Notes under the pieces: model-generated | What the model saw: only the letters and a program-made list of their open reading frames with translations | Told to the model about the DNA's origin: nothing | Databases searched by the model: none | Program-made: the position numbers and the translations under genes | Part shown: positions 1-8,677 of the stretch, piece after piece | Layout: every line of letters starts with the position of its first letter | Numbering within the stretch: the stretch's first letter is position 1 | Source: Vampirovibrionaceae bacterium NZW_1234 | Lineage (GTDB): Bacteria; Cyanobacteriota; Vampirovibrionia; Vampirovibrionales; JAGQHJ01 | Direction of reading: 5' to 3' | Length of the DNA stretch: 64,000 bases | Assembly: GCA_041697335.1 (NCBI GenBank) | Contig: JBGUGD010000002.1 | Coordinates: 96,001-160,000 of the forward strand

Positions 1-624
1 CTGATCGTCGGGATGGACGTCGTTTAAAAAGGCCTGGAAGGTTCGCTGGTCTTCCGGAATTGTGCGTCCGATGATCTCCAAAAACCGGGCGGACATATAG
101 AGCTCGTTTTTCTGAATATCCCAGTCCCAAATCCCATCGGAGGCGCCCCAAATGGCAAGCTCGTAGCGCTCGGTTAACTGTTGAAGGCGTTGTTGTGCTT
201 CCTGGAGTGCCGTGGTTCTCTCTGCAACTTCCTCTTCCAGTTCCTGTGTTGATTTCAGCTGAAGCGCTCTGGGGACGAGCCAAATCAAGGCAAATACGGT
301 GGACCAGGAGACCAGGGCGGTGATGACATTGGCAACGGTCATCAGGCGATAAGCCGGCCACCAGAAGGCCAGCGCGTCCAGCATGTGGGTGGTGCCGCAG
401 GCGAAGATAAAGGCGGCAAACATCAGGAGAATCCAGGGGTAGGGGAGCTTCTTGCCGCGCTTTCGGAAAAAGTAGACCAGGGTCAGGGGGATGGACATGT
501 AGGCCGACCAGACCGCAAGGTTTGCCAGAATATAGGTCCATCCATGGGTGGGTGTCCACTGGCCGCAGAACCAGCGCGGGGGCCAGCCTTCGGTGTCGAT
601 TAGGAAGTTCCAGAATTCAAACAA
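1..624 (-). CDS. Sensor protein (probably a histidine kinase) with N-terminal ETR1-like ethylene-binding membrane domain and PAS domain; runs off the window's left edge
   Basis: Not in the ORF track. Manual translation from TTG at 624 (AAGGA upstream) gives MFEFWNFLIDTEGWPPRWFCGQW...AYMSIPLTLVYF...FAAFIFACGTTHMLD...ITALVSW, then a coiled coil and the PAS start RYELAIWGASDGIWDWDI...VHPDDQ. Confidence 0.85.
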   Translation of the reverse strand, partial: MFEFWNFLIDTEGWPPRWFCGQWTPTHGWTYILANLAVWSAYMSIPLTLVYFFRKRGKKLPYPWILLMFAAFIFACGTTHMLDALAFWWPAYRLMTVANVITALVSWSTVFALIWLVPRALQLKSTQELEEEVAERTTALQEAQQRLQQLTERYELAIWGASDGIWDWDIQKNELYMSARFLEIIGRTIPEDQRTFQAFLNDVHPDDQ

Positions 625-1054
625 AGCGTGATCCTTTTTCGCTTCTTCTTTGGGACCATCCGGTCTTTATGGATACGTTCGTTATGCGTGGAAATCGAGT
701 TTTAATGAGAGTCTTGTTATGCCCGTCGGGATATAGAGTCCGTTATTCAGTAATAAACTATTTCCGAGGGCAATTGCTATTGGAAGAGTGGTTGAGAGAG
801 CTTATGCCGGGTCTAAATCAAATGCTCTGAAAACGGTTCGTTTTCCCCCCATGCCGTGACGATGTTCATCGGGCTTATTGAGTCTACAATCAACCAAACA
901 CGGTTCCAAGTAAACCCATCTTTACATTTTATTGAGACTTTCTCGGCGTGTTTTTCGGTGGCGATATACTGGGGGACTCTGGAAAAGGGGAGGCCAATCG
1001 GAGCCGGGCCAGGAGTAGGTCTGTTGGCGGGATGACGCGCGTGTTTTTTCACAA

Positions 1055-1139
1055 TTCACGCGTCTTTCACGCGCATTTTACGCGTGATTCACGCGCGTTT
1101 CACGCGTATTTTACGCGTGATTTGCCCCATTCACGCGGG
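1055..1139. repeat. Tandem array of 11-bp units TT(C/T)ACGCGYNN
   Basis: ttcacgcgtct-ttcacgcgcat-tttacgcgtga-ttcacgcgcgt-ttcacgcgtat-tttacgcgtga at 1055-1120, plus a degenerate copy near 1130. Confidence 0.85.
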
Positions 1140-1499
1140 TGTTCCGGGCGTGTGGTGCCCTTGGCACCGGTGTTTATGTGGCAGCCGGGGGCCCGGCGTA
1201 TGTGGAGGGTTTGTGCTGAAAAGCCTCTTGCTGACTGTGTTTTTGGCTTTTGACTCCGGGGCTGCGCCGAGGTCGTCGGTGGCGTCGGGCGGGATGGGGG
1301 AGGGGTGATTGGAAAAAAATGGGTGATTTTCACGCGAATTTCCGCTATTTTCCGCGCTGCACCGGGTTGGGGGTGTGCGTCTGGGCGGCTCAGGTCATGC
1401 CGCGGGCATGGGGGATTGCCTGGCTGAGGCGAGCGCGCTGCGTTCGAGGCTATCCGGGGTTGGGGTTTGCCTTGGGGCCTTTGGGTTTGTTCTTTCATA

Positions 1500-1552
1500 T
1501 CTTCTGTTTCCTGCTTGTCTTCTGTTTCTTGTCTTCTGTTTCTTGTCTTCTT
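1500..1552. repeat. Pyrimidine-rich short tandem repeat (about 14-bp unit tcttctgtttcttg)
   Basis: Several near-identical copies read directly in the sequence. Confidence 0.6.
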
Positions 1553-1705
1553 ATCAAGGTTGTCCGGGCGGGTGGCTGTTGGGAGGAGAGTCTTCAGAGG
1601 GCTGGGAATATGTATATAAATATTATATACTAAAAATGATGAAACCCTGGCTATTTAAGGAAAATTTAATAATTGGATCGTCAAAAGTCTTGTTGGGAAA
1701 AGGAT

Positions 1706-3223
1706 TTAGGCTTGGGAGGGTCGGGTTTTATCGAGCTGGTATAATACCGAGGCCAGGGCATCCACACCAACCCTGATTTTCTCGGGGGAGAAGGCAGCGT
1801 AGCCCAGAAGCAATCCGTTCTGCGGAGGTGCTTTCATGTAAAACCACGACAGCGGCAAGAGATCGATGCCTTGCTGGGCGGCCCGTTTCGTGACAACCTC
1901 ATCCGGGAGCCCCGAGGGCAGATGGCCGATCAGGTGCATGCCAGCCGGATCCGGGACCAGCGCCAGGAGCCCCTCAAGTTTATGCTGGGCCTCACCCAGA
2001 AGACAGGCCTGACGTTCCGCATAAAGGGCTCGCATCTGGCGGATGTGCCGGGAGAAGTGGCCCTGTGCCATGAATTCGGCTAAAACGGCCTGATCCATGA
2101 GGGGGGAATGCTGATCCACCAGGGCACGTGCCGCCGTAAAGGCCTCGACCAAATCGGGCGGGACCACCAGATAGCCTAAACGCAGGGAGGGGAAGAGAAC
2201 CTTGCTGAAGGTGCCCATGTAAATCACCCGGCCATCGGGGTCCAAGCCCTGCAAGGAGGGCAAGGGGCGACCTGAATAGCGAAATTCGCTGTCATAGTCG
2301 TCTTCAATAATCCAGGCATCCGTTTGACTCGCCCAGTGGAGCAACGCCAGACGCCGCTGAAGGCTCATGGTGACGCCCAGAGGGTATTGATGGGACGGGG
2401 TCACAAAGGCCAGTCTGGCATGAGGGCCTGCCTGTTGGCCCCAATGGATGTTGATGCCTTCGTCATCGACAGGGACAGGCACGATATTGGCATGGGCAAC
2501 CATAAATGACGCACGGGCCCCTAAATACCCCGGATCCTCCAACCATACGGTGTCACCGGGTTGCACAAGGACCTGGTTGATGAGCGCCAGGCCCTGCTGG
2601 GATCCGGCAATAATAATAACCTGGTCGCTGCTGCACCGGACGCCCCGGGAGGATTGCAAATATTGGGCAATGGCCTCGCATAGCGGTGTATAGCCCGCCG
2701 ATCTGCCATAACTCAATAAGTGGCCCGGCGAATGCCGCCAGTACTTGTTGAGGAGCTGTCCCCATTTTCGGGTGGGAAAGGCATCCAGCTCGGGAACGCC
2801 AGGACGAAAGGCCCAAGGGGGACGGGTTTCTCGCTTGATGGTGTAGTTTGCCTCCTGAACCCAGGGCTGGCTTAACGAGGCCGGGGGACGGGCTTTCTGT
2901 CGTGCCGGGGTGGTCCCAAGGCGATCGGGCTGATAGGCCAGCAACGTGTCCGGCAGGATTCGGCTGACGTAGGTCCCTGAGCCCTGTGTGCCGCTCAGAT
3001 ACCCTTCTATCGTTAATTGCTCATAGGCCAGCATCACAGTGGTTCGGGAGATGTCCAGTTCTTGAGCCAGCATGCGGCTGGAGGGCAGGCGTGTGCCCGG
3101 CGCCAGGGTTCCGTTGAGAATGGCTGTCCGAACCTCGCGATAGAGCTGCTGGTACAGCGGTTGGTCCGCATGGGCATCCAGGGCCGTGGACAAGTAGGTC
3201 AACCCGCCGGAATGTTTCACCAT
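1706..3223 (-). CDS. MocR/GabR-family GntR regulator with PLP-dependent aminotransferase domain
   Basis: N-terminal GntR wHTH (LYQQLY...LPSSRMLAQELDISRTTV...EGY); VTPSHQYPLG, IIEDDYDSEFRY and GTFSKVLFPSLRLGY motifs. Start set at ATG 3223 (MVKHSGG). Confidence 0.95.
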   Translation of the reverse strand: MVKHSGGLTYLSTALDAHADQPLYQQLYREVRTAILNGTLAPGTRLPSSRMLAQELDISRTTVMLAYEQLTIEGYLSGTQGSGTYVSRILPDTLLAYQPDRLGTTPARQKARPPASLSQPWVQEANYTIKRETRPPWAFRPGVPELDAFPTRKWGQLLNKYWRHSPGHLLSYGRSAGYTPLCEAIAQYLQSSRGVRCSSDQVIIIAGSQQGLALINQVLVQPGDTVWLEDPGYLGARASFMVAHANIVPVPVDDEGINIHWGQQAGPHARLAFVTPSHQYPLGVTMSLQRRLALLHWASQTDAWIIEDDYDSEFRYSGRPLPSLQGLDPDGRVIYMGTFSKVLFPSLRLGYLVVPPDLVEAFTAARALVDQHSPLMDQAVLAEFMAQGHFSRHIRQMRALYAERQACLLGEAQHKLEGLLALVPDPAGMHLIGHLPSGLPDEVVTKRAAQQGIDLLPLSWFYMKAPPQNGLLLGYAAFSPEKIRVGVDALASVLYQLDKTRPSQA

Positions 3224-3366
3224 AACGGCCGGACTCCCAGGGGGGCTGAAATTGGTATTAGGATCATGCTCAATAATGGCTCTTTTGATAAGGCCAATAA
3301 TACCGTAACCTAGCCATGAACACCAGGTGCTCACACGAGATACGGTTATGCTTTGGAAAGGAACCC

Positions 3367-3858
3367 ATGATGCAGATTCAAACCCCACTTGTCCCCCAGG
3401 CCGTTGATGCCATTTCGAATTCACTCCCTGTACCGTTAGAGGTTATCTATCAGACTGAATCGGCCCTGTCTGTGGATGACTATGTGGATGTGCTTCGTCG
3501 CTCCACCTTGGGAGAACGGCGGCCTTTGGACGACCCGGACCGCCTGAAGCGGATGCTGGCCTATGCCAATCTGATGGTGACGGCACGCACCCCCGAGGGG
3601 CGCTTGATTGGCATTGCCCGTTCGGTGACGGATTTTGCCTTTTGCTGCTACGTTTCGGATCTGGCGGTGGATACAGCCTATCAGCGCCAAGGGATTGGAC
3701 GTCGATTGATTGCCCATACCCGCCAAGCCATTGGTCTTCAGACCCAGTTGCTGCTTTTGGCCGCCCCGGCTGCGGAGAAGTATTATCCCCATATTGGGTT
3801 TCGTCACGTGCCTAACGCCTGGAGCATTGATGCCGGGGAGGTGTTTCATGCCGTTTAA
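3367..3858 (+). CDS. GNAT family N-acetyltransferase
   Basis: GIARSVTDFAFCCYVSDLAVDTAYQRQGIGRRLI acetyl-CoA motif; GGAAAGGA RBS before ATG 3367; divergent from the MocR regulator. Confidence 0.9.
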   Translation: MMQIQTPLVPQAVDAISNSLPVPLEVIYQTESALSVDDYVDVLRRSTLGERRPLDDPDRLKRMLAYANLMVTARTPEGRLIGIARSVTDFAFCCYVSDLAVDTAYQRQGIGRRLIAHTRQAIGLQTQLLLLAAPAAEKYYPHIGFRHVPNAWSIDAGEVFHAV

Positions 3859-4555
3859 TCTTTCAGAGTCACCCGTAGACAAGGCTGTCGAGGCGTTTGC
3901 CCGGGAGCAGATTCTTGAGGCGACCCGGCTGGCCAATCAACGCACCGAAGCCATTCTGGCAGACATTGCCGCCCGGCTTCGTCCGGGGATGACAGAATCT
4001 GAGGCCCGGACTCTGGCCAACGAGGTTTTTGAGACCTTTCGTCACCAGGGCCTCGTGAAGCACTGGCACCCGCCCAAGATCTATTTCGGCCATCATACGG
4101 CCCTCAGCATTGAGGCACCCCACCCGAAGGACGACCGGGTGCTGGGGGATCGGGATATGGCCTACCTGGATCTGGGGCCGGTGTTCTCTCTGGAGGGCCG
4201 GGACATTGAAGGCGATGTTGGGCGAACCCTGGTGTTCGGGGACGATCCCGTGCATCGTCATCTGCAAGCCACCTGCGAGAGCCTGTTTCACCAAGGCCTG
4301 GCCTTCTGGAAAGAGACCCGCCCCACTGGGGTTCAGTTGTACCAATATTTGCGCCAGGAAGCGCAGAACAGCGGTGTCGTGTTCAACCTGAACCCGGGCG
4401 GCCACGTCATCGGTGCCTTCCCTCATCACAGGGCTTGGCGCCACGCCCTCAGTGACTATCCTCACATCCCCCAGCCCGGTATCTGGATCCTGGAGGTCCA
4501 GGTCCGTCACCCGGATCTGCCCTACGGGGCCTTTTATGAGGCGCTGCTGGAATAA
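3848..4555 (+). CDS. M24-family (Xaa-Pro aminopeptidase-like) metallopeptidase
   Basis: LRPGMTESE, YLDLGPVF, EGDVGRT, GGHVIGAFPH, WILEVQ, AFYE pita-bread metal-ligand pattern; overlaps the end of the GNAT gene. Confidence 0.8.
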   Translation: MPFNLSESPVDKAVEAFAREQILEATRLANQRTEAILADIAARLRPGMTESEARTLANEVFETFRHQGLVKHWHPPKIYFGHHTALSIEAPHPKDDRVLGDRDMAYLDLGPVFSLEGRDIEGDVGRTLVFGDDPVHRHLQATCESLFHQGLAFWKETRPTGVQLYQYLRQEAQNSGVVFNLNPGGHVIGAFPHHRAWRHALSDYPHIPQPGIWILEVQVRHPDLPYGAFYEALLE

Positions 4556-4785
4556 ATATCGCTCTGCCATAGTATCGTCAAGACTTGCCTCGCTCTGCCG
4601 AAGCAGGTCTTGACGTGATGCCATTCATGTCGAGATCTCGACGCGACAGCGATGAGCGGAACCGATTGCGCGAATAACCCTGCTGTTGACCCTGGAAGGC
4701 CTGCTATTCCTGGCCGGTTTCAAGTGTTTATCTCCCGAACGCAATAGACCGTAGGACATCTATTGGCAGAGGCAGCACCATTCGT

Positions 4786-6441
4786 TCAGCAGCCTATGGG
4801 TAAGCAGAAGGTGAAGGCGGAGCCAACCCCTTCCTCGCTTTCTACGGAAATGTTGCCGCCCTGGACTTCAATCAGGCGTTTGGTCAGGCTTAACCCGATT
4901 CCGGTTCCCTCTTCCGTCTTGCGCTGAAGGATATCCTCAACCCGGTAAAACTCTTCAAAAAGCCGGGTTATCTTTTCCCGGGGAATGCCGACTCCGGTAT
5001 CCTGCACACGACATGCCAACCATTGCCCCTCCTCGGTTTTGTAAAGATGGACATTGACGTGACCCTGAGGGCGGTTGTATTTGATGGCATTGTTGATGAG
5101 GTTAATCAAAATCTGTTGAAACCGCTTGGGATCGGTCTGGATGCCGCCAATGTCGGGTTGAAGGTGGAACTGGAGTTGAATGTTGTTCTGCTCTGCTTTT
5201 CCCAGGACCAGCGGCTTTACTTTTTCGACCAGAAGCTCGATCATGACCCATTCCGGCGATAACTGGATTTTACCCGCCTCGATCTGGGCGATGTCCAAAA
5301 TATCGTTAAGCAGCGACAGCAGATGTTGTCCGCCTGTGTAGATATTACTGACAAAGCGAGCCTGCTTTTCCGTCAACTCCCCGGCCATACCGGTATTGAG
5401 CATTTCGGCATAGCCGTTTATGGCATTGAGCGGTGTCCGTATTTCGTGGGCGACGTAGGACAAGGCCTGGGTTTTGCGTTGGTTTGCCAGTTCAGCTTGT
5501 TTTTTTAAGGCATCCGCCTCTGCTTTGGCTTGTTGTGCATCGGCCTCACGCAGTTTGATCAGGTTTTCGTATTCTTTTTGAGTCGTGATATCGGTAATCA
5601 TCCCGGTCATTCGAAGGGGATGCCCATCCACATCGTCAAATAGAGTCTTTCCTCGAAATAAACAGTAGAGATAGTTGCCTTGTCCGTTTCGAATACGAAA
5701 GGTCCCCTCGAAATGACCCCCATGGCTTACAGCAGTCTCCAGGGTTTCCTGAAAAGAAAGTTTGTCCTCCGGGTGAACCCAGTCCAACAGTTCACTGGAA
5801 GGCCGGGGGGCGTGATCGGTTAAGCCCAGCATCCGGAAAAAACGGCCATTCCAATACACATCGCCGGTGGCAATGTCCCAATCCCAAATGCCGTCATTGG
5901 AACCTTCAATGACCAGGCGATAGCGCTTTTCAGCCATTTCAGCCTTGTTCTGCGCTTCTTTTACATCCCTTAAAGTCTCTTCTGTTTTTTGCAGAATGTG
6001 CTCGACATCCCTTAAAGCCATTTCCGCTTTTTCCTTTGCTAAGCGGGCATCGTTCGCAATGACTTCGGCTTTTATCTGCTCACGAACACTGTGATCTCGG
6101 GCCGATTCTGCGGTACTTCTGGCTTCCTCTGCAACATTTCTGGATTTTTCAGCCCGGTTTCTGGCATCTTCTGCTTTTTTTCGGGCAATTTCCCCGTACT
6201 CAATCGCCTCTCTGGCTTCTTTTAAGGCAAACCCCGCTTGATGAATGGACGACTTGTCCTCGTCGGGTGTGGCCTCTGCTTTTTCATACGCCGATTCCGC
6301 CTCTTTGATGGCTTTATCTGCTTTGCTGGTGGCCTTGTCTACATACTGTTCAGCTTGATCTGCAAGCTCGTTCGCTTTTTGGGCTTCTTTTTCGGCTGTA
6401 TCCGCTTTTTTCTGGGCCACATCGTTCTCAAGTTCAGGCAT
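4786..6441 (-). CDS. Cytoplasmic PAS sensor histidine kinase with long N-terminal coiled coil
   Basis: PAS (DGIWDWDI...VHPED), H-box VAHEIRTPLN, N-box NLINNAIKY, DTGVGI, GTGIGLSL. Alternative GTG start at 6453. Confidence 0.92.
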   Translation of the reverse strand: MPELENDVAQKKADTAEKEAQKANELADQAEQYVDKATSKADKAIKEAESAYEKAEATPDEDKSSIHQAGFALKEAREAIEYGEIARKKAEDARNRAEKSRNVAEEARSTAESARDHSVREQIKAEVIANDARLAKEKAEMALRDVEHILQKTEETLRDVKEAQNKAEMAEKRYRLVIEGSNDGIWDWDIATGDVYWNGRFFRMLGLTDHAPRPSSELLDWVHPEDKLSFQETLETAVSHGGHFEGTFRIRNGQGNYLYCLFRGKTLFDDVDGHPLRMTGMITDITTQKEYENLIKLREADAQQAKAEADALKKQAELANQRKTQALSYVAHEIRTPLNAINGYAEMLNTGMAGELTEKQARFVSNIYTGGQHLLSLLNDILDIAQIEAGKIQLSPEWVMIELLVEKVKPLVLGKAEQNNIQLQFHLQPDIGGIQTDPKRFQQILINLINNAIKYNRPQGHVNVHLYKTEEGQWLACRVQDTGVGIPREKITRLFEEFYRVEDILQRKTEEGTGIGLSLTKRLIEVQGGNISVESEEGVGSAFTFCLPIGC

Positions 6442-6534
6442 TATAAGTCTCACACGGTTGGATGTTAGTCAAGTCTATCTCTATACCAAGTATTTGGAAA
6501 CTGCTTGTCTGTCGAAGAATTGAAAAATAAGGAC

Positions 6535-6637
6535 GCTCTGGCTCGCCCTGGTTAACAGAACGAGCCAGAGCATCGCTACATCGTTTGTGGCCCGAAAAAA
6601 GCAGAGCCCGGCGGCGCTTTTTTCGGGCCCGCTCTGG
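6535..6637. other. Two GC-rich inverted repeats with an alternative pairing
   Basis: gctctggctcg (6535-6545) pairs with cgagccagagc (6561-6571); ggcccgaaaaaagc (6589-6602) pairs with gcttttttcgggcc (6616-6629); gctctgg recurs at 6631-6637. Confidence 0.7.
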
Positions 6638-6694
6638 TTTTGACATGTCGCGGGTCCGATGCCTTGGAGTATTAATAGATGGCAAAACTTAAAA

Positions 6695-6767
6695 TGGAGG
6701 CGACAGGAATCGAACCCGCGACATTCTGCGTGCAAAGCAGACGCTCTACCAACTGAGCTACGCCCCC
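6695..6767 (-). tRNA. tRNA-Ala (TGC)
   Basis: GGGGGCGTAGCTCAGTTGGTAGAGCGTCTGCTTTGCACGCAGAATGTCGCGGGTTCGATTCCTGTCGCCTCCA folds as a cloverleaf with the G3:U70 Ala identity pair; CCA not encoded. Confidence 0.97.
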
Positions 6768-6992
6768 ACGGGTGGTTTGAGATCTTACTCTACATGAAAT
6801 CGGATTTCTTGAAAAGCCCCTTGCCCGAATTTGAACATCCCCTCTCTGCAAGGGGCTCGATAAAGCCCCCTCTTCAGCGCCGGGCCGGATGCAATGCAGA
6901 CGGTACAAATGTATAGGGACTTCTTCTTTATGCTTGTGACTTGGTTCCGGTTGTTTTATCTTGGTGAGATCGTATTGAAGGAGTGAGCCGTT

Positions 6993-7841
6993 ATGATGCC
7001 CGTGAATGCCCAATTATTTCTGTTGAAACCTGCCCGCAGTCGCAGTGTTCGAAACACCCGGCCTATTGGTCCCACTGCAACTCCAAAGCCTGCGGGAACA
7101 CCCGCTTCGGTTCAGTTTGGCGCCAGTAGTGCCAGCAAACGCCTGGCCTGGGGAACGGCTTTGGTAGCTGCACTAGGCCTCTCCAATGCGGTGACGTATA
7201 ACGTCGGCGAAGGGATGGGCCGCCGGCATCAAACCCAGGAAGCCGTCTCCAAGGCCCTGGAAAGCGCAGCCTTGAAAGATGTGAATAATACGATGCACTG
7301 GTGCAAAAGCGATGGGCATACCGCCCCCGGTGTCCATCACGTGGAAGCCGGGATGACCGTTCCCGGGTATTTCGATCATAAAGTCGTGGCGGATTTGCAT
7401 TGGAAGCTGGTGGATGAGAAAAAATTGCCGCCCAACCTGTTTGACGATTTGAAAAACCCCCCGTTTGTCGCCACACCGGCGGATGCGGCTGAAACCCTGG
7501 TGAACAAAATCCTGCCGCAACACATGGCCGGATTGCTTCGGGAAGAATGGTACAAGTTCGATCCCGAGGATCCGAAAGCCTTTGCCGACCGCATGCAGCG
7601 TATCTTAACGGATGGCTATGACAAAGAGGAAAAGCCACGCCTTTATTCTGACGCTGTTACTTCGAACGTGCCTCAGGAAGATAAGAATCGCCTGTTTTTG
7701 GATTACACCGGCAGTCCAACATTTAAGAACACCGATATCTTTAGCCTCCAAAACCGCCTCAGAAACTACGGTATCGACGTGGTGTCCGTCACGGTGTCGG
7801 CACAGAAGCAAGTCCCCTTGCCGCTTGGTGGGCGGGAATAG
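6993..7841 (+). CDS. Hypothetical protein with disordered leader ending in VQFG, then one hydrophobic helix
   Basis: GGAG RBS; 282-aa ORF followed by a terminator. Confidence 0.75.
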   Translation: MMPVNAQLFLLKPARSRSVRNTRPIGPTATPKPAGTPASVQFGASSASKRLAWGTALVAALGLSNAVTYNVGEGMGRRHQTQEAVSKALESAALKDVNNTMHWCKSDGHTAPGVHHVEAGMTVPGYFDHKVVADLHWKLVDEKKLPPNLFDDLKNPPFVATPADAAETLVNKILPQHMAGLLREEWYKFDPEDPKAFADRMQRILTDGYDKEEKPRLYSDAVTSNVPQEDKNRLFLDYTGSPTFKNTDIFSLQNRLRNYGIDVVSVTVSAQKQVPLPLGGRE

Positions 7842-7887
7842 GCCCAAAGGCTTAAATCCCTTATCTCTTTAAATCAGGTATCTATAG

Positions 7888-7927
7888 AAAAACGCCTCAA
7901 TCCAATGTCGTGGTTGAGGCGTTTTTC
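7888..7927. terminator. Bidirectional intrinsic terminator
   Basis: aaaaacgcctcaa...ttgaggcgttttt between convergent genes. Confidence 0.8.
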
Positions 7928-7957
7928 AGGTCGTCAAATTTCGATATGCAAAAAAGA

Positions 7958-8545
7958 TTAATCCAAATAAAAAGCCGTTACGATTTTACGGCTTTCTTCG
8001 GCATATTCAATGGCTTTTAAGAGGGTGTTGCTGGTGTGGGTGAGGAAAATAATGAGCTGCTGGCAGCTGTCGATAATTTCCCGGTTACACAGGCGGCTGG
8101 CATCGGCCAGGGTCATCACGTTCCACTCGGGATGCTCGCTGATGTGGGGTACGCCAATCAGTTGATCCTGAACATCAGAGGGCTGATGCCCAATGGTTTG
8201 GGGTAAAACAACCAGCAAACGCTCGGGATTGGCCCGCATGGCGCCACGGATGGCCGCGGCGTTGGTGCCGCTGGAACCCCCACTGGTGATGATCGTGTTG
8301 TCTTCCTTGGCCAGCATATAGGCCAGCGATTCAATCAACTGCTGGTGAGGCAGAGGGATATTCCGGCTGCCGATAATGGCGATCTGCTTGGCCTGCTGGC
8401 GCAATGCCACCAGCTCGGCGGCCAATTCATCATGCGGATCCGGGACGTCTTGATCGGCTTCCTGTATCCCTAAACTCCCTGCGACGGTAAGGTGTTTCTG
8501 CTCGGATTCGTCGCCTAAACGGCTCATAATGGTTGTTTCGTTCAT
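7958..8545 (-). CDS. Short DprA/Smf-like (SLOG fold) protein of cyanobacterial type
   Basis: IAIIGSRN...ITSGGSSGTNAAAIRGA...LVVLPQ...ASRLCNREII motifs. Confidence 0.75.
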   Translation of the reverse strand: MNETTIMSRLGDESEQKHLTVAGSLGIQEADQDVPDPHDELAAELVALRQQAKQIAIIGSRNIPLPHQQLIESLAYMLAKEDNTIITSGGSSGTNAAAIRGAMRANPERLLVVLPQTIGHQPSDVQDQLIGVPHISEHPEWNVMTLADASRLCNREIIDSCQQLIIFLTHTSNTLLKAIEYAEESRKIVTAFYLD

Positions 8546-8677
8546 GCCAAGGGTCCCGTAACTACTACTCGTGTTTCATTGTAACGCTTTTGTTTCAGAG
8601 CACTGACAGTGCTGTGTTAGAGATTATATTATATTAAAGCTCTTAAGGTGGAAAGAAATTTAATAAGAAAGATAAAC

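Noticed and set aside
1055..1139. CRISPR array
   Set aside because: Units are 11 bp and contiguous, with no spacers and no cas genes nearby.
630..1700. Several overlapping ORFs of 70-130 aa
   Set aside because: Repeat-derived, low-complexity translations with no RBS or motif support.
3224..3424. N-terminal extension of the MocR regulator in the ORF track
   Set aside because: It overlaps the divergent GNAT gene and shared promoter region; the GntR domain begins after ATG 3223.
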